A program made the translations under genes and the position numbers. Below, in pieces: positions 28,297 through 35,163 of a stretch of 45,243 nt of DNA (its first letter is position 1; every line of letters begins with the position of its first letter). The stretch is from positions 1 through 45,243 of the IMG/VR virus record IMGVR_UViG_3300027956_000015. The stretch is one strand, 5' to 3'. The DNA comes from a virus. Taxonomy: Duplodnaviria > Caudoviricetes. The notes below the pieces were generated by a model. It had not been told where the DNA came from. It saw only the letters and a list, made by a program, of their open reading frames with translations, and made no database searches.

Positions 28297-28607
28297 TACA
28301 AATTAGGTTAGATTTAGGAATTGATGCACGTAGAATGATGCAACAAGTACAATTAGAAAACAAACATTTAGAGGAAAAAATTTCAAAAGGAATTGAATTG
28401 GCTTTAAATGATTTAGCTGAGGGCGATAATTTTATTGAACACGTTAGGGAGCAAACAAAATTAGAATTAGCTAATATTGTAAATAGGGCAATTATGAGTT
28501 TTGATGTTAGACAAGCTGTAACTAAAGCTATTAACGAAAAAATGGCTAAAAAAATAGAGGAATACGCAGAACAAATTTCGGAACAAATGATTAAAAAGTT
28601 AATTTAA
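28293..28607 (+). CDS. Hypothetical helical protein (array unit 1)
   Basis: Start and stop codons both lie inside junction repeats. Confidence 0.75.
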   Translation: MIQIRLDLGIDARRMMQQVQLENKHLEEKISKGIELALNDLAEGDNFIEHVREQTKLELANIVNRAIMSFDVRQAVTKAINEKMAKKIEEYAEQISEQMIKKLI

Positions 28608-28626
28608 TTATTAAATATTTAGAGAG

Positions 28627-28881
28627 ATGATAGAGTATTACAACAACGAAAAAAAACCAACACCACTTTATGCAGGGAGTAGTTTTAGTGAGGATGTCTT
28701 AATTTTTACAGAAACTAAAAATATTTATAAAGGTTATTATTGCTTTGACAGTAAAGAATGGTTTTATTACGTTGAAAATGGACATGAAGCTTTTGAGTTA
28801 TTTAACGTTAATTTTGTTTGGTTTTACATACCTTACTTATCACTAGATATTAATTTTGAACATGGAGGTTTTTTTGTATAA
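28627..28881 (+). CDS. Hypothetical protein, DUF551-like (array unit 2)
   Basis: EKKP…SEDVLIF…GYY…W…WFYIP pattern; bounded by repeats. Confidence 0.65.
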   Translation: MIEYYNNEKKPTPLYAGSSFSEDVLIFTETKNIYKGYYCFDSKEWFYYVENGHEAFELFNVNFVWFYIPYLSLDINFEHGGFFV

Positions 28882-28900
28882 TTATTAAATATTTGAAAAG

Positions 28901-29044
28901 ATGATAGGAAATTTAATATTATGGCTTAAAGAAATAATAAAACAAGAATTTTTTTGCGTACATAGGTATGAAAATATAAACCGCAAAGATTTACAAGGTG
29001 GAAGTTTTTTACAATGTAATAAATGTGGTAAAATTATTAATTAA
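28901..29044 (+). CDS. 47-aa Cys/His Zn-ribbon-like protein (array unit 3; not in ORF track)
   Basis: MIGNLILWLKEIIKQEFFCVHRYENINRKDLQGGSFLQCNKCGKIIN; CxH…CxxC; exactly fills the gap between two repeats. Confidence 0.75.
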   Translation: MIGNLILWLKEIIKQEFFCVHRYENINRKDLQGGSFLQCNKCGKIIN

Positions 29045-29056
29045 ATATTTAGAGAG

Positions 29057-29386
29057 ATGAAAATAAAAGACTTACCACAGCCATACAGAGAAATGGCTTT
29101 GATTGAACAGGAAGCACAAGGGAATAAGAGGAATGAGGAATTAAAATTAATTGCAGATATTGAAGATGGTAATTTTTGCTGGGAAGACAGTTTGTGTGGC
29201 GATGAGTTTTGGATATATGTGGATGATGAAAACTACCCCGAAATAACCCCCGAAATAAAAGCAAAGTTTCCGAGTGTTTTTAAGGATGAAATTGAAGAAT
29301 GCAAATGTAAGGTAAATCGAATGATAGTAAGGCATGAAGATAAAGATTGGTGTAATATCTGCGATAAACTTGTAAAGGCAAACTAA
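29057..29386 (+). CDS. Hypothetical protein (array unit 4)
   Basis: MKIKDLPQPYREMAL…FCWEDS…FW; C-terminal CxC…CxxC. Confidence 0.7.
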   Translation: MKIKDLPQPYREMALIEQEAQGNKRNEELKLIADIEDGNFCWEDSLCGDEFWIYVDDENYPEITPEIKAKFPSVFKDEIEECKCKVNRMIVRHEDKDWCNICDKLVKAN

Positions 29387-29435
29387 CTACTAACACCTTT
29401 ATTAACACAATTATAAACCTTAAAAAATAGAAAAA

Positions 29436-29825
29436 ATGAAAACACCACATTTAGATGAAAAAATAAACCTATTAACAGGGGTTGAGCTTAGCGAATATGG
29501 CAAAAGTTTATTAACCGAATGCAAAGCTATAAAACAACTAATCGAAAACACCCCCATTGTTTCAACACCCGAAAAACCTGTTTGGGTGTTGGATGAAACT
29601 GGTGATAAGCGCATATTGTTGGCTGATTTAGGCAGTAGAGTTTTAAACAGCAGATTTATATTGGTAGGTTTTAACTATTTCAAAGAATACATGAATGGAG
29701 AAGAATTTGACTATTATTTTTCGGATTTTATCACCCCCTACACCCCAAAAGTAAACATTGAGGTAACGGAAGATGAAGCTATCAAAGTTGAGGAATTTTT
29801 AAAAACACTAAGAAATGAAAAATAA
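29436..29825 (+). CDS. Hypothetical protein
   Basis: 129-aa ORF within a tightly packed operon. Confidence 0.65.
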   Translation: MKTPHLDEKINLLTGVELSEYGKSLLTECKAIKQLIENTPIVSTPEKPVWVLDETGDKRILLADLGSRVLNSRFILVGFNYFKEYMNGEEFDYYFSDFITPYTPKVNIEVTEDEAIKVEEFLKTLRNEK

Positions 29826-30033
29826 AAAAGATTGCTACTCTTGTAAATTTAGAGAAAAAATAATAGGAGATGCACATTCAAAATGCAATAATGAATGGAA
29901 TAAAGAAGATTTTAAAGGAAAAACAAAGAAAATAACACCAACTTGGAACCAATGGTCTGTTGGTTTTCCAAATAATTTCGACCCTCATTGGTTTAAAAAC
30001 TGTAAAAAGCATCAAGAAAATGAAACTAACTAA
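29815..30033 (+). CDS. Small Cys-containing hypothetical protein
   Basis: CYSC…HSKC…FPNNFDPHW…C. Confidence 0.65.
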   Translation: MKNKKDCYSCKFREKIIGDAHSKCNNEWNKEDFKGKTKKITPTWNQWSVGFPNNFDPHWFKNCKKHQENETN

Positions 30034-30373
30034 AACAGAACAGGACAACATAACGCAACTAAGCGCGATTTGTGCAACTCAAACAAGTATGTTAAGCGGT
30101 TGTAAATCTATTATTATAGCGATGAACACGCACCAGTTAAAGCAAATGTATAGATATGATACAGCTAGTCCAGCCAATAAAAAAGTAGTGGATAAAAAGA
30201 TTAATGAAGCTGTTAAAAATCTTAAACTTACTTTTGATTTGGTGATTAAAATCAACACCCGAATTGAAAACTCAATGCGCGATACTTTGGGGGATGAGGT
30301 TGTGGATGCTTTGATTGATGAAATATCTTTAGCTATGGATAAAGTTGAACTTGATAAATATTTGAAAAAATAA
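30020..30373 (+). CDS. Hypothetical helical protein
   Basis: Start moved to ATG 30020 (MKLTKTEQ). Confidence 0.6.
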   Translation: MKLTKTEQDNITQLSAICATQTSMLSGCKSIIIAMNTHQLKQMYRYDTASPANKKVVDKKINEAVKNLKLTFDLVIKINTRIENSMRDTLGDEVVDALIDEISLAMDKVELDKYLKK

Positions 30374-30378
30374 ATAAA

Positions 30379-31125
30379 ATGAAAGATAAAAAAGAAACAA
30401 TAGCAGTTTGGTTTAGTTGTGGAGTTGCATCGGCAATTGCAACACAAAAAACCATAGAGAAATATGGGGAAACTCATAATATACTAGTCGTAAATAACCC
30501 AGTAAAAGAAGAGCACGAAGATAACATAAGATTTAAAAATGATGTTTCTAAATGGTTAAATATAAATATTATTGAAGCCAAATCTAAAGAGTTTCCAAAC
30601 GCTAGTATTATTGATGTTTTTGAAAAACGAAAATATATTAGCGGTGTTGCTGGTGCTCCATGCACTAAATATTTAAAAAAACAAGCCAGATATGAGTTTG
30701 AAAGTGAAAATAATATTGACTTTCATGTTTTAGGCTTTACTTTAGAAGAAAAAACAAGATACGAGAGGTTTATTAAGTTTGAACGAGAAAACACTATCGG
30801 TATTTTAATTGATGAAAAGTTAACTAAATTTGACTGTTTTGATATTTTACATAAAGCTGGAATACAAAGACCTAAAATTTACGATTTAGGTTTTCCAAAT
30901 GCAAACTGTATAGGTTGTGTTAAAAGCCAAAGTCCTACTTATTGGAATTTAGTTAGACAAAAATTTCCAGATGTTTTTAACCAAAGAGCGGAACAAAGTA
31001 GAAGAATTGGAGTAAAATTAGTTAAATACAAAGGAGAACGTATTTTTTTAGATGAACTTCCTTTAAATGCGAAAGGGGGAAAAATAAAATCTTGGGAGTG
31101 TGGTATTTTTTGTGATACCGAATAA
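30379..31125 (+). CDS. PAPS-reductase-like adenine nucleotide alpha-hydrolase family protein
   Basis: VWFSCGVASA PP-loop variant, APCTKYLK, NANCIGCVK, terminal ECGIFC. Confidence 0.75.
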   Translation: MKDKKETIAVWFSCGVASAIATQKTIEKYGETHNILVVNNPVKEEHEDNIRFKNDVSKWLNINIIEAKSKEFPNASIIDVFEKRKYISGVAGAPCTKYLKKQARYEFESENNIDFHVLGFTLEEKTRYERFIKFERENTIGILIDEKLTKFDCFDILHKAGIQRPKIYDLGFPNANCIGCVKSQSPTYWNLVRQKFPDVFNQRAEQSRRIGVKLVKYKGERIFLDELPLNAKGGKIKSWECGIFCDTE

Positions 31126-31137
31126 ATATTTGAAGCG

Positions 31138-31329
31138 ATGAAAGAACAATACTACAAAATCTACGACCAGCGCGGACGGTTAGCCTTAGTAACACCAACA
31201 CAAATAAGAGTTAACGAATGGTTAAGGGAACAAGGATTTATAACGGAAGATATAAATGTTGCATCGATACCAGTTGATGCCTCTAGGTGGGTGCCGAATG
31301 GGTGGAGAGTTACAAAAGTTAAAATTTAA
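31138..31329 (+). CDS. Hypothetical protein
   Basis: 63-aa ORF after a degenerate junction repeat. Confidence 0.6.
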   Translation: MKEQYYKIYDQRGRLALVTPTQIRVNEWLREQGFITEDINVASIPVDASRWVPNGWRVTKVKI

Positions 31330-31333
31330 TATT

Positions 31334-31573
31334 ATGGAGGAAAAACAACAAATTTATGTCACAATGGGTTGGGATGGTATGCCAATTACAACTAAGGGCG
31401 ATGGTTATATTTTACCTCGAAAAGCCGAAATGATAATCAATAAAAAATATTACCCAAAGGGGGAATTAATGGAATGGCCGGTTGACCCTGATACGAGCGA
31501 AAAATTACCAATAGAGCCAATGAAGATAAAGCCAACTTTTTTTCATAAAATATCAAAATTTTTTAAGAAATGA
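31334..31573 (+). CDS. Hypothetical protein
   Basis: Start moved to ATG 31334. Confidence 0.55.
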   Translation: MEEKQQIYVTMGWDGMPITTKGDGYILPRKAEMIINKKYYPKGELMEWPVDPDTSEKLPIEPMKIKPTFFHKISKFFKK

Positions 31574-31875
31574 AAATCTACATTATAAAACACAAGGGCG
31601 CTAATACTTTTGGGAATTTTTGCTCATTTTTTACAAAGAAAAAAGATGCTAAACTTTGTTTAAGCCATTCAGTTGAATTCCCTAAAAACTACGAAATAGT
31701 ACCTTTGGAAATATCAAAACCTAAATACGCAAAATGTATCAGGACTTTATCCCCTCAATTATTGCAAATAGGTAAAAAATACAAAATCCTAGCGGAACAT
31801 GACGACACTATTTGTATCATTGATGAGGCAGATAATTTATCCACTTTTAATAAATGTTATTTTGAGATAAAATAA
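31570..31875 (+). CDS. Hypothetical protein with C-terminal SH3-like segment
   Basis: AKCI…LQIGKKYKIL…IIDE…CYFE; ATGA overlap. Confidence 0.55.
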   Translation: MKIYIIKHKGANTFGNFCSFFTKKKDAKLCLSHSVEFPKNYEIVPLEISKPKYAKCIRTLSPQLLQIGKKYKILAEHDDTICIIDEADNLSTFNKCYFEIK

Positions 31876-31879
31876 AATT

Positions 31880-32155
31880 ATGAAAAATACATATTCAATA
31901 GAGAATTTAGATTTAGATAATTTAAATTGCGAAGTTAAAGCAGTTGTAACTGATGAAATTAATCAAGAAGTAAATGTTTATTTTATGGATTGTGATTTTA
32001 ATTTTAACACAAAATATAACAACGGTAAACCCGAATGCATTATTACAAATTTTGATTTGTCTATTGAAAGCGAAATTATTAAAATGAAGCATTTGGATCA
32101 AAAGGAAATAAAAAGTTTATTGATTAACGAAATAAATAATAATTTAAATGAATAA
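31880..32155 (+). CDS. Hypothetical acidic protein
   Basis: 91-aa ORF in operon. Confidence 0.55.
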   Translation: MKNTYSIENLDLDNLNCEVKAVVTDEINQEVNVYFMDCDFNFNTKYNNGKPECIITNFDLSIESEIIKMKHLDQKEIKSLLINEINNNLNE

Positions 32156-32468
32156 TTATAAAATCCACCCATATTATTATCCAGGATTAGATTATAAGGA
32201 TTTTAAATCAATTAATGAGATTGTAACACATATTTGTTTTAAATTGAAGATTGATGTTAAAGATTTTATATCATCCAACAGAAAGGATATTTTAGTGTAT
32301 TCTAGGATAATTTTTGCAAACCTTTGTAAAAAAAATGGATTTACACATGTTCAAATCGGTAATTTTATCAATCGGGACCATTCAACAATCACTCATTACA
32401 TTAAAGAATTTGAAAAAATTGAATACAATCCAAAGCTAAAAAAGTTCATGCAGTTGGTATTGAACTAG
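32148..32468 (+). CDS. Stand-alone DnaA domain IV (Bac_DnaA_C / TrpR-like HTH) protein
   Basis: SSNRK…YSRIIFANL…THVQIGNFINRDHSTITHYIK matches the DnaA C-terminal signature IG…RDHST; no AAA+ domain. Confidence 0.8.
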   Translation: MNNYKIHPYYYPGLDYKDFKSINEIVTHICFKLKIDVKDFISSNRKDILVYSRIIFANLCKKNGFTHVQIGNFINRDHSTITHYIKEFEKIEYNPKLKKFMQLVLN

Positions 32469-32494
32469 ATTTTTTACTAAATAAAAGTTAAATT

Positions 32495-32526
32495 AAGCCC
32501 TAAAATTAAGTTTTTAGGGCTTTTTT
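32495..32526 (+). terminator. Intrinsic terminator ending the early operon
   Basis: AAGCCCTAAAA…TTTTAGGGCTT-TTTT. Confidence 0.85.
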
Positions 32527-32529
32527 GTG

Positions 32530-32964
32530 CTTACTGCAAACACTTAAACATTTATAAATCAGTATTTTAACCCAATTTTGCAAACACTGTAAACACTCTG
32601 TAAACAGTGTTTACGCGCTTAACTGTTTATATTTCAGTAAGTTAAAGCCACTGCAAACACTATTCACTATTTTAGCCAACTTTATCGTACAACTTTTTCG
32701 GGATAAAAGGTTCGCAAAAAACTTTGCCATTTTTCAAAAAGTGTTTACGGAAACGTTTTAATACATTGATAATCAACTTGTAAACGGTGTAAACACTATG
32801 GAAAGAGTGTTTGCAGAGTGTTTACAGAGTTATCCACATTTATATATTATTTATATATATATTTATATATAATATATTAATATATAGTAAGTTATACAAG
32901 CAGTACCAATGTTGATAACTCTGTAAACACTCCATAAATTAGTGTTTACAGTGTTTGCAGTAAG
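32530..32964. other. Putative replication origin (iterons, DnaA boxes, AT-rich unwinding element)
   Basis: 10 exact and 4 near-exact TGYAAACACT copies in both orientations; TTATCCACA at 32830-32838; inverted TTATCAACA at 32910-32918; pure-AT run 32839-32886. Confidence 0.8.
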
Positions 32965-33037
32965 GTTTTTTGCTCAAAAAACGTTTCCTATTGGTTTTAT
33001 TATTGGTTGATTGATTGGTTTAGGATTGATACACAAT

Positions 33038-33067
33038 AAAAAAAACCTTACCGATTAGATAAGGTTT
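33038..33067 (-). terminator. Intrinsic terminator for the leftward nuclease gene
   Basis: AAACCTTA/TAAGGTTT stem with an A run on + (U tract on -). Confidence 0.65.
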
Positions 33068-33158
33068 GATTGATTGATTTAATTTAATTTATTTAACCGA
33101 TTGTATATAATGTATGGTTTTAGGTTTTAAATTGATTAGATGCAAAATAAATCATTTT

Positions 33159-33536
33159 TTAACTATTCCAATTCGTACCGTATAGATATGCCATAATACT
33201 ATTCACTATTTCATCTATATTCTCATCCCCATTGAACAGCATATACACCATGCCATTAGCCTTTACTTTCTGCTCAAATACTATCTGCATATCCGATTGA
33301 TCCTCTTTACTGTTTTTCTTCAATTCAACAAACATTATTTTCCCACCACCTAAGATATGTAAATCACTTACCCCAGCACGTAAACCGATTAACTGCATTA
33401 TCTTTGCTGTAATTTTATCCCTATATCCACCGTTTGGAACATGATACACAAACAAATCTTTATACTGTAACTCATACTTTACAAGGCTTGTAAACAATCT
33501 GTTTTGGAATTCGTTTTCGCTATTATATTTTTTCAT
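33159..33536 (-). CDS. VRR-NUC family nuclease
   Basis: SENEFQ…YHVPNGG…GLRAGVSDL…FVELK…QSDMQIVF. Confidence 0.92.
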   Translation of the reverse strand: MKKYNSENEFQNRLFTSLVKYELQYKDLFVYHVPNGGYRDKITAKIMQLIGLRAGVSDLHILGGGKIMFVELKKNSKEDQSDMQIVFEQKVKANGMVYMLFNGDENIDEIVNSIMAYLYGTNWNS

Positions 33537-33619
33537 ATACTTAAAACTAATTAGTTAACACCGTCTTATTTTCTGTAAAGATAAAAAAAATCACTGTATT
33601 AAGCAAGAAAAATCAAAAA

Positions 33620-33661
33620 AGGTACTCCGCTGATTACCTGTGAGTTACGCAATGAATGGCA
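33620..33661 (+). other. Candidate cos site (cosQ-cosN-like)
   Basis: AGGTACT + 23 nt ending GTTACG, about 100 bp upstream of terS; same spacing as lambda GGGTCCT + 23 nt ending GTTACG (lambda sequence recalled from memory). Confidence 0.5.
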
Positions 33662-33726
33662 CACTCCATTTTTTTCTATGTTCCGCAGTATTTCAGTTCA
33701 TGTTATTGATTATGAGAGATTTTTGT

Positions 33727-33734
33727 TATATTTG
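33727..33734 (+). promoter_or_regulatory. Promoter -7 box for the terminase operon
   Basis: TATATTTG, 31 bp before ATG 33766. Confidence 0.6.
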
Positions 33735-33765
33735 CATTATAAATCATGGAAAACTAAATAACAAA

Positions 33766-34449
33766 ATGGCATTTTATACGCGTCAAGAATTTGCGAAACT
33801 TTGTGGTATCAACGATTGCGCGATTATCAATGTAAATATTGCACGTGGTAAAGTTGTGTTATCTGGCAACTTAATTGATACCAACGTAGAGGAAAACCAA
33901 TCATTTTTATTAAAGTATAGGGATAAAAAAGGTATTACAGGTGATACAATACCGTTGCAAGAGCCGAAAATAAAGAAAGAAGTTAAACCAATTAAGGAAG
34001 AAAAGCCAAAAACTAGAACGGTTTTACCACCTCCGCCAATTACAGATGAATATTTACCACCACAATCTAAACATAATTTATCAAAAAATGATTTAGATAT
34101 TAAAATCAAAAAAGCCGATTTAGAAAAAAAGTTGGAGGAGATCGAGATTTTAAAGGTAAAGAAAATGAAATTGCATGGGGAATTGATACCAACTGAATTA
34201 GTTAAATCTTTGGTTCGGGAAATTGCAGAGGGGGTTAAGTTGGCGTATATCGATGCAATAGAAAACTATACGGTAGTAATTGCAAATCAAAAAAAACTAA
34301 CTGAAACAGAAAAAGGAAAGATTAAAGACCACTTTACACCGATAATTAACAAAGCAGTTGAAAAACAATATTACATAGCGCAAAAAGGACTAAAAGCTAT
34401 TATTGCAGAATACAGCGAGAAAAAGGATGTGGGGGAAAGGGAGTTGTAA
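33766..34449 (+). CDS. Terminase small subunit (lambda Nu1-like)
   Basis: Start moved to ATG 33766; N-terminal wHTH (TRQEFAKLCG), coiled coil, LHGELIPTELV motif. Confidence 0.75.
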   Translation: MAFYTRQEFAKLCGINDCAIINVNIARGKVVLSGNLIDTNVEENQSFLLKYRDKKGITGDTIPLQEPKIKKEVKPIKEEKPKTRTVLPPPPITDEYLPPQSKHNLSKNDLDIKIKKADLEKKLEEIEILKVKKMKLHGELIPTELVKSLVREIAEGVKLAYIDAIENYTVVIANQKKLTETEKGKIKDHFTPIINKAVEKQYYIAQKGLKAIIAEYSEKKDVGEREL

Positions 34450-34500
34450 TGGTTACAATATTTATTTAATTACGGATTAAAATATTTAAAAATATACAAA

Positions 34501-34776
34501 ATGATGAAAAAGCAGTTAAACTTAAAAAATAGCAACAAACTTATTATAGGTAAACGTATCTCGCCTAGTGAATTACAAGTAAATGACTTATTTTATATGA
34601 AATATGGATTTCATAAATTAAAGTTTAGAGTTAAAGTAATTCTTGAAGATGGTGGATTATTGGCTCATCCTCTTAATTGGCTAAAATCAAGTTCAGTATT
34701 TATTCCTTTTTCGGAAAAAGAGGAAATACATTATGCTGGTAGAATAAGTAAATTAAGGAGTTGGTTTTTACTTTAA
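34501..34776 (+). CDS. Hypothetical protein inserted between terS and terL
   Basis: 91-aa ORF. Confidence 0.55.
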   Translation: MMKKQLNLKNSNKLIIGKRISPSELQVNDLFYMKYGFHKLKFRVKVILEDGGLLAHPLNWLKSSSVFIPFSEKEEIHYAGRISKLRSWFLL

Positions 34777-34938
34777 TATGCTTACCAACACCTTAATTTA
34801 GCATATTTTAATGGCGTAAAAATAATGTTATAAATTTTAAATATGGGAATTTGGCTAACATGAACCGTTTTTCTTTGGCAAATACAACAGCCCATATTTA
34901 TTTAAAAAAAAATATTAACAATTAAACAATTATAAACT

Positions 34939-35163
34939 ATGAACATTTTTAATTTATTTAGAAAAAAGAAATCAAAACAAAACCAAAAAGGATTTAAAAG
35001 ATTTGGTTTTGGAAAAAAAATATGGATTGGTAAATTACCACTTAGATATATTCATTCTCAAAAGGATGTTGATTTATTTTTACGCGAAGATACTAACACG
35101 CTAATTAGTTTCAGTAGTGAATACATTGATAAAATTGTAACTTTAGAAATGATTAAAAAATAA
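34939..35163 (+). CDS. Hypothetical basic protein upstream of terL
   Basis: 74 aa; TAATG-coupled to terL. Confidence 0.55.
   Translation: MNIFNLFRKKKSKQNQKGFKRFGFGKKIWIGKLPLRYIHSQKDVDLFLREDTNTLISFSSEYIDKIVTLEMIKK

Larger units (their letters stand above)
28271..29060 (+). repeat. Four gene-junction direct repeats TAATTATTAAATATTT(GAAAAG/AGAGAG)ATGA
   Basis: Copies at 28271-28298, 28605-28632, 28879-28906 and a variant at about 29032-29060. Confidence 0.9.

Noticed and set aside
28271-29060. CRISPR array
   Set aside because: Spacers are about 130-310 bp, uneven and protein-coding; no cas genes.
32530-32964. CRISPR array or MITE
   Set aside because: Units are only 10 bp, irregularly spaced and in both orientations. 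No target-site duplication or transposase; DnaA boxes and the AT core fit an origin better.
32990-33140. TTGA/TTGG short repeats as a functional array
   Set aside because: Low-complexity, irregular 4-mers with no larger consensus; at most an accessory of the origin.
33640-33765. N-terminal extensions in the ORF track (33640; likewise 3825, 13164, 13366, 15314, 24286, 29960, 31256, 44615)
   Set aside because: They run through promoters, cos-like or leader structures, or upstream genes; downstream ATGs fit better.
34540-34790. Integron attC-bounded cassette around ORF 34501
   Set aside because: Only a 10/13 imperfect inverted match flanks the ORF, with no clear GTTRRRY/RYYYAAC boxes and no integrase.
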